Assembly: GCA_963677485.1 (NCBI GenBank) | Contig: OY781964.1 | Span: 3,136,001-3,200,000 of the forward strand | Origin: Armatimonadota bacterium | Lineage (GTDB): Bacteria; Armatimonadota; HRBIN16 | Direction: 5' to 3' | DNA length: 64,000 nt | In this document: positions 50,266 to 60,050 of the stretch, piece after piece | How the letters are laid out: every line of letters starts with the position of its first letter | How positions within the stretch are numbered: the first letter of the stretch is position 1 | The notes under the pieces: model-generated | Databases searched by the model: none | The model's input: only the letters and a program-made list of their open reading frames with translations | What the model was told of the DNA's origin: nothing | Position numbers and translations under genes: made by a program

Positions 50266-51144
50266 TTAGCTCTTCGTGATCTCGAAATAGTGATCCATGA
50301 ACCGGCGTGCATTGACAGATTTCGCCACTTTATGGCGTCCCTCGGCCTTTTCGGCGAAGTACGTCACACCGTCAATCGGATCGATGGTGACATCGCCGCT
50401 GACCAGCTCGCAAAGCGAGGGCTCAAACAACAGTGCCGCGGTGAGTGGGTCGTGGAACACCACGTGGTTGGCATTTTGCAGCCACACCGAGGCCATGTCG
50501 GCCACAGGTGCCAGGATGCCACCCTGGATGCTTTGACGCGCCTCATCGCCGGTGATCATGCACTGCATGGTCACATCCAACCCGATGGAGATGCTCTCTT
50601 TAACATCAGCACGGTAAACCACATCGGTGGCGATGTGGTCAACCACCGCATTACACTCACGACGGCGTGGGGTCTGGCCATCGAAAAAGCTACCGCACAT
50701 CAGCACCAGTCTTTTCAACAAACCAGGGATGTCTGGGTAGAGCGCAAACAGCACTCCAATGTTGGTCAGCGGTCCGATGGTGAGCAGCGTGATCTCGCCC
50801 GGGCGGCTCCGGATGGTGTCCCGCAGATATGGGATCGCACTGTTCTCCGCATACTCCAACCTGTGACTCCACTTTTCCAATGCGGTTGCTTGAGGCACTA
50901 TCGACTGCAACTGGGGACCGATGAAGGGCATCGGCGCACCTGGGAAGATGGGCATATCGTCACGGCCCACGCGCCGGCAGATACTGCTGGCCAGCTTCGC
51001 CCGGGCGATGGTGTCACCGCACTCCGTGGTTATGCCCAGCAGATCGCACTTGGGCTGCTTGAGTAGATACGATAGACAGAGCGCGTCGTCGATGTCTGTA
51101 CCTATATCGGTATCTAGAATGACGGGGATTTTGTCGGAATTCAT
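50266..51144 (-). CDS. Nucleoside hydrolase (IU-NH family)
   Basis: LDTDIGTDIDDA, IGPLTN, ECN...D, GLDVT, HDP. Confidence 0.9.
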   Translation of the reverse strand: MNSDKIPVILDTDIGTDIDDALCLSYLLKQPKCDLLGITTECGDTIARAKLASSICRRVGRDDMPIFPGAPMPFIGPQLQSIVPQATALEKWSHRLEYAENSAIPYLRDTIRSRPGEITLLTIGPLTNIGVLFALYPDIPGLLKRLVLMCGSFFDGQTPRRRECNAVVDHIATDVVYRADVKESISIGLDVTMQCMITGDEARQSIQGGILAPVADMASVWLQNANHVVFHDPLTAALLFEPSLCELVSGDVTIDPIDGVTYFAEKAEGRHKVAKSVNARRFMDHYFEITKS

Positions 51145-51319
51145 GAGGGCCTCCATGATTGATTTGTTATATGATGCGGCAATTCTTGAAAATATACCAG
51201 TAGGTTATTACATGGAGTGATCTGTGAATAACAGGAATAGGTCGACTGCACGCTCATAGACCATAAATAGTTCAATTTAAACATGTTGTATCCACTGAGC
51301 CGAACCCTTCGCACCAGGT

Positions 51320-51495
51320 CTGATCGCCCACATCGAAGCCGGTTAGCCACGCTGCCGCGGGTTTTGTCACCCCATGGGACTGCGTCCCGTGATGGGGTTC
51401 CCTCAGCGCGGTGTAGGGGCGAACGGCGTTCGCCCTGGGTGATGGAGCCCCTTGGGGCGATGGAACCCGTCGACTCGGGACGGTCAGCCCACAAA
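51320..51495. repeat. Mosaic hairpin repeat locus R4 with an embedded REP (GTAGGGGCGAACGGCGTTCGCCC)
   Basis: Modules shared with R1, R3 and R5. Confidence 0.8.
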
Positions 51496-51595
51496 GCGGT
51501 TAGTCACGCCATGCCCGAGCCGCAAAAAACTCAGAGGCGGACCGGTCTGATACGACCGATCCGTCAAATGCGGTCTCTTCGCTGTTGTTGGCTAT

Positions 51596-52540
51596 CTAGT
51601 CAAACAACGCTGTGCTGAGGTAACGCTCAGCGGCATCGGGCAGGATGGCCACGATCTTCTTTCCTGCGAATTCGGGCAATCTGGCCAACCGGTCGGCGGC
51701 CGCCATCGCGGCACCGCAAGAGATGCCGGTGAGAATGCCATCCTCTTTGGCCAGGCGTTGAGCATACGTGAATGCATCCGCACTATTCACAAGCTCCACA
51801 CGGTCAAGCACGCTCATATCCAAGGTCGTGGGTATGAAACCTGCGCCGATTCCCTGTATCTTGTGCGGTCCTGGTTGGATGGGGGCACCTGCCAGGGTCT
51901 GCGTGATCACCGGGCTTTCCTCGGGCTCCACCGCGACCGCTATGAGGTTTGGATTTTTGGTCTTCAGATAGCGAGCGGTACCTGTGATGGTGCCTCCCGT
52001 GCCTACGGCTGAGATAAAAACATCCACATCTCCTCCGGTCTGCTCCCAGATCTCGGGTCCGGTGGTCTTGAAGTGGATTTCCGGGTTCGCCGGGTTCTCG
52101 AACTGCTGCGGCATGTAATAGCGGTCAGGGTCACTGGCCACGATCTCCTCAGCCTTGGCAATGGCGCCTTTCATACCCTTAGGGCCCTCGGTGAGAACTA
52201 GTGTCGCACCGAGATACTGCATCAATTTGCGCCGTTCGATAGACATCGTCTCCGGCATGACGATGGTGATGGGGTAGCCGCGGCTGGCGGCCACAAAGCA
52301 GAGGGCGATGCCGGTATTCCCGCTGGTGGGTTCTATGATCTCTTTACCCTCGCCCAGAAGTCTACGCTGCTCGGCATCCCACACCATGTTCGCGCCGATA
52401 CGACACTTCACGCTATATGCCGGGTTCCGACCTTCTATTTTAGCGAGCACCTGTGCGCCTGCGCCTTGTGTAATCCGATTGATTCGCACCAGCGGAGTGT
52501 TACCGATGCTCAATGAGTTGTCTTCGTACCAGTTTGACAT
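51596..52540 (-). CDS. cysK: Cysteine synthase A
   Basis: [47 protein letters not shown]. Confidence 0.96.
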   Translation of the reverse strand: MSNWYEDNSLSIGNTPLVRINRITQGAGAQVLAKIEGRNPAYSVKCRIGANMVWDAEQRRLLGEGKEIIEPTSGNTGIALCFVAASRGYPITIVMPETMSIERRKLMQYLGATLVLTEGPKGMKGAIAKAEEIVASDPDRYYMPQQFENPANPEIHFKTTGPEIWEQTGGDVDVFISAVGTGGTITGTARYLKTKNPNLIAVAVEPEESPVITQTLAGAPIQPGPHKIQGIGAGFIPTTLDMSVLDRVELVNSADAFTYAQRLAKEDGILTGISCGAAMAAADRLARLPEFAGKKIVAILPDAAERYLSTALFD

Positions 52541-52842
52541 GAGCTTTCCCTCGTTCTATTGGCATTGTGGTTCAAATTCCGTGCTTTCCGATTGGAGCAC
52601 TACATTCTTTATACCTGTTTATTTCGGGTTTGTCACTAGTTATCTACACTATTCCGCCCGATTTACTATAGAATTTATACTATTTAAGGCGAATTACCGG
52701 AAAAGTGGGCTGCCGGCTGTTACCGGCTGATGATGGGCTCTGCATCTGGACAGCGACCGACCGGATGCGCGGTGATAGAATCCTATTACCAATAGACAAA
52801 AAACCGTGCCTCCAGCGTCTTAGTTAGTGGAGACCAAAACCA

Positions 52843-53400
52843 ATGACCACACGAGACATACAGATCAGCATCAAACAGGGAGCCGCAGAGTTGCACCAAC
52901 ACGAGCACACGGAAGAGGCGATCGTTGAGAACCTCTACGACGAGTATGCACATATGCTGTTTCGGTATGCGGTGACGCTGCTCGGAAATCCAGATGATGC
53001 TGAAGATGCGGTGCAGGAGGTGTTCACCCGGATCGCCCAACAGATCAACCGCGTTCGCAGGGTGGAAAACCCGAAACCCTATCTGTTCACCGCCACACGC
53101 AATGCCGCGTTCAGCCTGCTGCGCAGCCGGCAGCGCCAGACACTTTTAACCGAGGCCATCTGCGCCGATCTGCTCACATCTCCAATTACTAATACCAACC
53201 CCGATTCGCTGCTGGTCTGCCAGACGTTCACTGAACTCCCGGTGGAACAACGTGAGGTTCTGGTGCTGAAGGTGTTTGAGGAGATGACATTCAAACAGAT
53301 TGCGGATGTGGTGGGCAGCTCCCTGAACACGGTGGCCAGCCGATACCGATACGCCATCGACAAACTCCGGCAATCTATGGAGGCAGACGGTCATGGATGA
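52843..53400 (+). CDS. ECF RNA polymerase sigma factor
   Basis: DAEDAVQEVF (region 2), LPVEQREV...TFKQIA...NTVASRYRYA (region 4). Confidence 0.92.
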   Translation: MTTRDIQISIKQGAAELHQHEHTEEAIVENLYDEYAHMLFRYAVTLLGNPDDAEDAVQEVFTRIAQQINRVRRVENPKPYLFTATRNAAFSLLRSRQRQTLLTEAICADLLTSPITNTNPDSLLVCQTFTELPVEQREVLVLKVFEEMTFKQIADVVGSSLNTVASRYRYAIDKLRQSMEADGHG

Positions 53401-53773
53401 TATGAACATCGAAGAACTGCTCCGGCAGTCGATCAAACCGGAAGAACCGGACGGTATGCGCGAACGGGTGCTTCGCAACGCATGCATGCACTTGGTGCGG
53501 AAACCGAGATGGCGCGCTCTATGCGGCTGGAAGCCTGCGTTGGTCATCCTTGCGCTGCTGGTGCTCACGCTGACCAGCCTGGATGAACACGCCCGCAGTG
53601 TGCGGCTTTCGGCGATCATCGGCGATAAGGCAGGCATCAGTGTGTATAACCAGTGCGACGCCAACTTTTATGGCTATCGACGCTACGTGATGGCGATGAA
53701 TGACGCCGTGGACTTCAACAACTGGACATTCGAATCAATGGAGGCGAAGCTTGATGACCCCTGCAGCAACTGA
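53393..53773 (+). CDS. Putative single-TM anti-sigma factor
   Basis: Overlaps the sigma stop; IEELLR...P.GMRERVL N-terminus, one TM helix. Confidence 0.6.
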   Translation: MDDMNIEELLRQSIKPEEPDGMRERVLRNACMHLVRKPRWRALCGWKPALVILALLVLTLTSLDEHARSVRLSAIIGDKAGISVYNQCDANFYGYRRYVMAMNDAVDFNNWTFESMEAKLDDPCSN

Positions 53774-55187
53774 CATCAAACCCCGCGCGAGCAGGTTCTC
53801 TCGCTTCGCCAGACGCACATGGAAGCCGCTACTCGTCGTCATTGTGGTGCTGGCAACCATACACGGCATCGCCACAATGATCCTGGGACGGCGGTTTGAG
53901 GCGGATGTCCGTGCCTTGAAAGCAAAAGGGCAGCCGGTGACCATGGCGGAGCTCCTCCCTCAGCCAGTTCCAGACTACCTAAATGGTGCAGTTGTCTATG
54001 CTAGAGCGTTCGCGCTTTGTGCAAATCCTCCTTTGTCGCGGATTGAAAATGATGTGTATTATCAGCTCAGAAAAGTTAGATCACCTCGATTATCGGAACA
54101 GCAGAAATTGGCAGAATGGTCTAAAGCGATCAGAGCCGCCAAACTGTATGGAGAAGTCGTCCGGTTAACACAAGCAGCGCAAACTAAGCCGAAGTGTGTA
54201 TTTCCTGCGCACTTGAGTAGGTTCGGTGGCATCTCGCGTCCGCACTACTCGCAAGTTCGGGTGTTAACGAAAGCGATGGCCTCGCTTGCTATGGTGGACG
54301 CTCACGAGGGAAGACGGGATGATGCATTTAAGAAGTTAAGCATGGCATTTAAGGTCTCTAGTGCTTTGGATAATGAGCCGTCGATTTTAAGCACGATCGT
54401 GCGAATCAGCTGTTGTGACTTGGTCAATCGCCCAATCAGATCGGTGCTTAAATACGTGCAACCTAGTGATGCACAGGTAACACAGCTCAATAACATGCTG
54501 TCAGCTACCGACTTCCAGGATGAATGGGCGAGGTCGTATCGGTGCTTGACGGTAGAGCAACTAGGGTTGATTGACAATGTGATGCGCAGGGGATCATCAG
54601 GTTTCCGCAGTGTTTATTATTTTTACTTTTTGTCCGCCGAAGGGTCATTGATTTCTGGCCCTTCTTGGAAGGCGGCTGCTAAGAATTATGCAGCGAGCAT
54701 CATCTGGCGTCCTTTTACATACGCAGATGGGCACTATTATCTGCGAGCCATGGATGACTTCATGACTATCTCTAAACAGCCTTACTGGGTGATGACACAT
54801 TCAGAACAAGGCATATCGAGAATTGTAAACCGATTACCTAGGTATGCTCTCACCGCACGAGAAGCCGGAAGCACGTTCGTGTTGGGTGTCGAGAAGGCAG
54901 CTACACTCAGAGCAGAAACCGCCTTGACCCAGATACTGCTGGCTGCCAAGCAGTACAAAGCCCGCACCGGTCAGTATCCCGAATCGATGGCCCAGGTGCG
55001 ATCGGTGGGCTTGGCCGGTATCCCGATGGACCCGTTTAGCGGGAAGGAGTTCGGCTACCGCCGTACACCCAAAGGCTTCCTGGCCTACAGCATTGGTAAA
55101 GACCTCAAGGACGATGGTGGCAGACCGGTGAGGACCGGGAAGGACTACGATAAGGGCGGCGACATCGTGTTGGATTGGGAACAATAG
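53754..55187 (+). CDS. Membrane-anchored helical protein with T2SS-G-like C-terminus, copy 1
   Basis: TM helix, NGAVVY, Y....GQYPESM...PMDPFSGKEF.Y...YSIG.DLKDDGG. Confidence 0.7.
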   Translation: MTPAATDIKPRASRFSRFARRTWKPLLVVIVVLATIHGIATMILGRRFEADVRALKAKGQPVTMAELLPQPVPDYLNGAVVYARAFALCANPPLSRIENDVYYQLRKVRSPRLSEQQKLAEWSKAIRAAKLYGEVVRLTQAAQTKPKCVFPAHLSRFGGISRPHYSQVRVLTKAMASLAMVDAHEGRRDDAFKKLSMAFKVSSALDNEPSILSTIVRISCCDLVNRPIRSVLKYVQPSDAQVTQLNNMLSATDFQDEWARSYRCLTVEQLGLIDNVMRRGSSGFRSVYYFYFLSAEGSLISGPSWKAAAKNYAASIIWRPFTYADGHYYLRAMDDFMTISKQPYWVMTHSEQGISRIVNRLPRYALTAREAGSTFVLGVEKAATLRAETALTQILLAAKQYKARTGQYPESMAQVRSVGLAGIPMDPFSGKEFGYRRTPKGFLAYSIGKDLKDDGGRPVRTGKDYDKGGDIVLDWEQ

Positions 55188-55215
55188 GAAGTTGATCCGA
55201 AGGAGGATAAATCAG

Positions 55216-56628
55216 ATGACCCCTGCACAAACTGAAATCAACACCCGCGAGAGCAGGTTCTCTCGCTTCGTCAGACGCACATGGAAGCCGTTACTCGTCG
55301 TCATTGTGGTGCTGGTGGTTATCCACGGCATTGCCACAATGATTCTGGGGCGGCGGTTTGAAGCCGAGGTGCGGACCCTGAAAGCACAAGGTGAGCCGGT
55401 TTCGACAGCCGAGTTAGGTGGGCCGAAGGTGCCGGACGACCAAAACGCGGCGGTGGTCTACGCCAAGGTGTTTTATTTGCTAAAAGAGAAAGAAACACGC
55501 GAATCCTCTGCTACGATGGAAAATCTGTTGAAGTCTGTGGGAGCGATCCCGTCGAAGAAGAAAATCGATGTGGTGTGGACTGATGTAAACACAGCAGCCC
55601 AGGTATATAGGCAGGTTGTTCCCGTGGTTCAGGAAGCGCTCTCTCGTCCAAAGTGCCAATTTCCGGTGAATTGGCAAAGTGGTCCTGAGGCCACATTCCC
55701 ACACTATGCTTACTTCCGTAACCTTACACGGATGCTGTCAGCATTGGCTGTTGTTGACGCTCACGACGGCAAGCTTGACGATGCTTACACGAAGATCGAG
55801 CTGGCATTCCAAGTAGCGAAAGCAGCCAAGGATGAACCGATCTTGATCAGCGCATTGGTCACCATCTCATGCACCCAAACGGCAAATGGTGCTCTGCAGG
55901 CGGTACTGAAATATGGGCAACCCAGCAGTTTGGAGGCTCTGAAGCTGAACAATATGCTGTCGGATACGGACTTCAGGCGGGAATGGGCGAACGGCATCAA
56001 GGGTGAACGAGCCATGGGCCTGTGGATGTTTAACTACCTGCTTCAGCGTGGTGCTGCGGGATATGGCTCATTAATGCACCAAATGGATGGTCGTGAGGAG
56101 CCTTCAGCCGCTCAGCGAGTGCTGTTGCAGACGGTCAGCGCCTTGTGGCGACCCATGATCTATGCAGATGCAGGATACTACTTGCGATATATGGCCGCCA
56201 ATGTGGCATCGTCCGAAAAGCCCTATCGTACTGTCACCCTACAAGAGAAGAACACGGAGGGGATGTTGGCCAAACTACCCCGATATGCCATACTGACTCG
56301 CACATTGGCACCCATATTCACACAAGGTAGTGCCAAAGTGGATGAGGCTCGTGCTAACACTGGGCTGACTCAGCTCCTTCTGGCTGCTCTGCAGTATAAA
56401 TCGCATAATGGAGCCTATCCTGAGACGGTTTCGCAGTTGCGGTCGACGTCATCATGGGATATCCCTATGGACCCGTTCAGCGGCAAAGAGTTCGTCTACA
56501 AGCGCACATCCAAGGGCTTCGTGGCTTACAGCATCGGTACCGACCTGAAGGACGACGGCGGCAGACCGGTGAAGACCGGGAAGGACTACGATAAGGGCGG
56601 CGACATTGTGCTGGATTGGGAGCGGTAG
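55216..56628 (+). CDS. Membrane-anchored helical protein with T2SS-G-like C-terminus, copy 2
   Basis: Tandem paralog with near-identical ends; GGAGG RBS. Confidence 0.7.
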   Translation: MTPAQTEINTRESRFSRFVRRTWKPLLVVIVVLVVIHGIATMILGRRFEAEVRTLKAQGEPVSTAELGGPKVPDDQNAAVVYAKVFYLLKEKETRESSATMENLLKSVGAIPSKKKIDVVWTDVNTAAQVYRQVVPVVQEALSRPKCQFPVNWQSGPEATFPHYAYFRNLTRMLSALAVVDAHDGKLDDAYTKIELAFQVAKAAKDEPILISALVTISCTQTANGALQAVLKYGQPSSLEALKLNNMLSDTDFRREWANGIKGERAMGLWMFNYLLQRGAAGYGSLMHQMDGREEPSAAQRVLLQTVSALWRPMIYADAGYYLRYMAANVASSEKPYRTVTLQEKNTEGMLAKLPRYAILTRTLAPIFTQGSAKVDEARANTGLTQLLLAALQYKSHNGAYPETVSQLRSTSSWDIPMDPFSGKEFVYKRTSKGFVAYSIGTDLKDDGGRPVKTGKDYDKGGDIVLDWER

Positions 56629-56674
56629 GTGATTTCCAAATCGAGCTTCCATGGGTGAAAGGAAGGAGATACTG

Positions 56675-57112
56675 ATGAAGAAACATTTTTCATACGACCC
56701 AATAAAATACATGGCAGGACTGCTTCTCGCATGGCTACTATCGGTGGCAATATCATTACTGAGCACCTATTTTGATGGTAGTCTGATCACATCCAAGCGT
56801 ATAGGCTTTATGTTGGGTTTGGCATTTATCTGCGTTGTCCCCATTCTGGTCTGGTGTTCTCTTGTACGGCGGTACTGGATGCCATTATCGATCATGGTCA
56901 GTATTGTGATGGCATATTCACTATTTGTCGTGTTGGTATGGATGCCAAAACCAGCAGGCATTTCAGTCCTACAGCATGTATGGAATTCCATGAGTTCGTT
57001 TGTGGGAACAGTCATCGTCTATGTGATACCAGCTGCATTTTTCCAGCAATACTGCATATGGGTATGCAACGTCCGTTCAGATGAGTTGAATAGCGGTGGT
57101 AGTGATGGGTAG
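56675..57112 (+). CDS. Hypothetical 4-TM membrane protein
   Basis: Hydrophobic segments; AAGGAG RBS; AT-richer. Confidence 0.6.
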   Translation: MKKHFSYDPIKYMAGLLLAWLLSVAISLLSTYFDGSLITSKRIGFMLGLAFICVVPILVWCSLVRRYWMPLSIMVSIVMAYSLFVVLVWMPKPAGISVLQHVWNSMSSFVGTVIVYVIPAAFFQQYCIWVCNVRSDELNSGGSDG

Positions 57113-57749
57113 TCACAGGGGCTTCACCATAATAGAGCTGTTGGTCGTCATCGGCATTATTGCTATTCTTGCCGTGATTATGTACCCAGTGTTTGCATCA
57201 GGTCGCAAAAGAGCCAATCAGGCCACATGCCTATCCAACTTGCATCAGTGTGCCGTGGCACTCCGCATATATATGGACGACTACGAGACGCATGTGCCAC
57301 CCGATGATGCTGTAGCATGCGATTTACTTAAGAAAATGCCGACCTGTTGTCCAAGCGACAAGGAATGGACAAATGGTTGTACTCAACCATTTGGTTTACC
57401 ACTCATCGGCTCATATGCCTATACACGGTCGGTGCCAGTTTGGATAGATGCACCATATGATCAGGTTCAACCATTCTACGAGTGTGAATGCCAAGCTTTC
57501 CTGGCCGATATTTTTCATGGCAGTGAAGGGGTGCCGGCTCCGCTGCATACCGAGGATCCGATGGAATACTACAGGAACCAAATGAAGCTAGGGGTTCCTT
57601 CGTGGAGATGTAGTATCCCTGACAAAACAATATTTGCATTTGCGGATGGGCACGCTGCTGTCACTAACCATGATGCTCCATCGGCAGATGGCAAACGAAG
57701 AACAATATTGTGCTGGGGCTCGGTTCTGGGTGTGCCGGATGCCAAGTGA
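57105..57749 (+). CDS. Prepilin-type N-terminal cleavage/methylation protein (DUF1559/H-X9-DG type)
   Basis: GFTIIELLVVIGIIAIL, CLSNLHQ, YMDDY, FADGH. Confidence 0.88.
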   Translation: MGSHRGFTIIELLVVIGIIAILAVIMYPVFASGRKRANQATCLSNLHQCAVALRIYMDDYETHVPPDDAVACDLLKKMPTCCPSDKEWTNGCTQPFGLPLIGSYAYTRSVPVWIDAPYDQVQPFYECECQAFLADIFHGSEGVPAPLHTEDPMEYYRNQMKLGVPSWRCSIPDKTIFAFADGHAAVTNHDAPSADGKRRTILCWGSVLGVPDAK

Positions 57750-57872
57750 TTACCGCCGGTAGCCCAGGATAGACCGCCCGAGGGGTTGTCTGAACCTCGG
57801 ATTATGCGGATGAGGGGATGGCGGGATCTCATCACTTCGCGTCTTCGCGTGAGCCATTCATTAAGTAAAATA

Positions 57873-57900
57873 CCAAGGGCACGGATTGCCGTGCCCTTGG
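57873..57900. terminator. Hairpin between convergent genes (terminator or REP-like)
   Basis: CCAAGGGCACGG-ATTG-CCGTGCCCTTGG. Confidence 0.6.
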
Positions 57901-57925
57901 CTGTGTGCATTCCGTGACTATCACA

Positions 57926-59137
57926 TTATGGTGTCTTAGCGCAGCGGAACCCGAATGAGTCATATCTGTAGTCAGGACCGTAGTAGTTCCGGTAGTCAAG
58001 ACTGAAGGCGTAGGCAAAGTCGAACAGCCACGACCCACCGCGCAGGATACGGCTATCGCCGGACGCTGGTCCGGTTGGATTGGTGGCAGGTGCTGTGGCA
58101 TAATACGCCGAATCATACCAGTCGGCGCACCACTCATATGCGTTGCCGGTCATATCCATGCAGCCATATGGGCTGATCCCAGATGGATAACTGCCCACCG
58201 GCATTGTGGTGGTGCTGTTAGAGGGGTTGGCACATTTCGTCGAATCCCACACGTTCCCCCATGGGTATAATCGGGCATCTGTTCCGCGGGCAGCCTTTTC
58301 CCACTCCGCTTCGGAGGGTAACCGTCCGCCAGCCCATGCGCAGTAGGCCGCGGCATCAGCCCAGGTCACATTGACCATCGGGTGGCTGTCGATCCAACCC
58401 CAGGATGGCGGATCGGGCATCAGTCGGCTTGTGTCCGTGCAAAACTTGCGGTATTGGGTCACAGTCACTTCGTATTTATAGATCCAGTAGCTGCTCAGGG
58501 TGACCTTACGCTGAGGTCTGGCGTCGCTTAACAGGTAGGATGAATCGGTCGAGCCCATGGTAAAATCACCAGCTCCCACCAACACCATCTCAGCTTCGTC
58601 TTTCGGATTGACCATCGCGTAGGCTGAGGCGTCGCCCTGCGCACCAAAGTTGGTGTCTATCAGCACATAGTCAAACAGGTTCACCTTGCCATCGCCATCC
58701 AGGTCAGCCATGGCATCACTGCTGTTGAACCTGGAATCCAGCACGACGATATCGAACAGGTTCACGCTGTTTCCGCCGTCTGCATCGCCGTTAGCCAGGG
58801 CGGTTTGGACCGTGTTGGTCCCGTTGATGACAACGCCGCTGATCACCCGTCGCACCCAATGGCTGCCGGTCAGGCTCAGTGTGTAGGTGCCCGGGATAAT
58901 ATCGGTGAGGGTGGCCTTTCCGGTGTTATCCAGTGCCAGAACGCCGGCATAGGGTTGTGTGCCGCTCAGCATGTAGTTCAATTTGATCCCGCTCAGTGCG
59001 CCGCGGTAACCGGCACCCAGGTCTACGGTCACTTGCAGGGATGTGGTGGATGGTTCCGCCGATACAGGCATCGTGAAAGTCAAGCAAACAAGCATGGCAA
59101 GCCATACGTACGTGAATAGCGCGATCACTCGAGACAT
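57926..59137 (-). CDS. Secreted FGE-sulfatase (SUMF1/C-type lectin fold) protein with a dockerin-like Ca-binding repeat
   Basis: GDADG...NLFD / ADLDGDGKVNLFD; FTMGS, YEVT, RLPSEAEWEKAARG, DMTGNAYEW, RGGSW, GFRC. Confidence 0.88.
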   Translation of the reverse strand: MSRVIALFTYVWLAMLVCLTFTMPVSAEPSTTSLQVTVDLGAGYRGALSGIKLNYMLSGTQPYAGVLALDNTGKATLTDIIPGTYTLSLTGSHWVRRVISGVVINGTNTVQTALANGDADGGNSVNLFDIVVLDSRFNSSDAMADLDGDGKVNLFDYVLIDTNFGAQGDASAYAMVNPKDEAEMVLVGAGDFTMGSTDSSYLLSDARPQRKVTLSSYWIYKYEVTVTQYRKFCTDTSRLMPDPPSWGWIDSHPMVNVTWADAAAYCAWAGGRLPSEAEWEKAARGTDARLYPWGNVWDSTKCANPSNSTTTMPVGSYPSGISPYGCMDMTGNAYEWCADWYDSAYYATAPATNPTGPASGDSRILRGGSWLFDFAYAFSLDYRNYYGPDYRYDSFGFRCAKTP

Positions 59138-59244
59138 GGGTCGGCTCCTCTGTGCGGTGCGATAGGGAGAACTATACTGAGGGGTGATGATGAAACCTTC
59201 ACTCTCGTTGGCTATATGTTCAATATGATTGTGTTGCTGATCAT

Positions 59245-59815
59245 TACCGGCCCGCGTTCCGGCGGGCGTAGAGACGGCCATCCGCCTCTTCGATAGGGGC
59301 TGAACGGCCCCGGTTCGACGGGTTCCATCGCCCCAAGGGGCTCCATCACCCGTCGCTAATCAGATGGCTGTCCGCTAAAGCGGACGCATTACGGACAGCC
59401 TGCGCCCGCTTGCGGGCTGCGATTTATTAGACGCGCGGTGAGGGAACCCCGTTTACGGGGTGACTAAACCCGCGGCAGGGGGGCCACCAGTCACCAAGGT
59501 TCTCTACTGGCCGTTGGCGACGGGTTCCGTGGCCCGTCCGTGACTTCGTCCCGGTACGGGCACTGTCACCCGCCGCTGATCAATACCGGCCCGCGTTCCG
59601 GCGGGCGTTGGGAAAGGCAACCCTCCCCGGCGCCGGCCGGAGCGAAGCGACGCCGACCGTTAATGATCAGCCGCGCGGTGCAGGAACCCGCACTAGACGC
59701 AGTTCCCGGAGCGCCAGCTCCCGGAACGTAGTCGTGTGGGTGACTAAACCCGCGGCAGGGTGGGCCACCAGTCACCAAGGTTCACCGGTGGCCTTTGGCG
59801 ATGGGTTCGGCTCGG
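59245..59815. repeat. Mosaic hairpin repeat locus R5 (largest)
   Basis: Contains all module types; some occur twice (ACCGGCCCGCGTTCCGGCGGGCGT; GGGTGACTAAACCCGCGGCAG..GGGCCACCAGTCACCAAGGTTC). Confidence 0.88.
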
Positions 59816-60050
59816 ACACAGCCATGCATGTGATTTTTTGAATTATACCCTATCCAATTCGAGTTTGTGTGTCCTCTACGCAAAGACGCAGAAAAGGCAT
59901 CGGTCGTCCTTCAACCAGCCTGTACGCTGCATAAACGCGTGACACCACCTGCCGTGCTTTGCAGCCCGTATCCTCACAGTGATAAGCTATGAGTGAGTAC
60001 TTATATATGTATAACACGGGCCTGACCGCCTGTTGGAGGATACGAACCCG

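Noticed and set aside
59820-60050. Lysine riboswitch upstream of lysA
   Set aside because: No recognisable L-box consensus; the structured DNA further upstream belongs to the mosaic repeat family.
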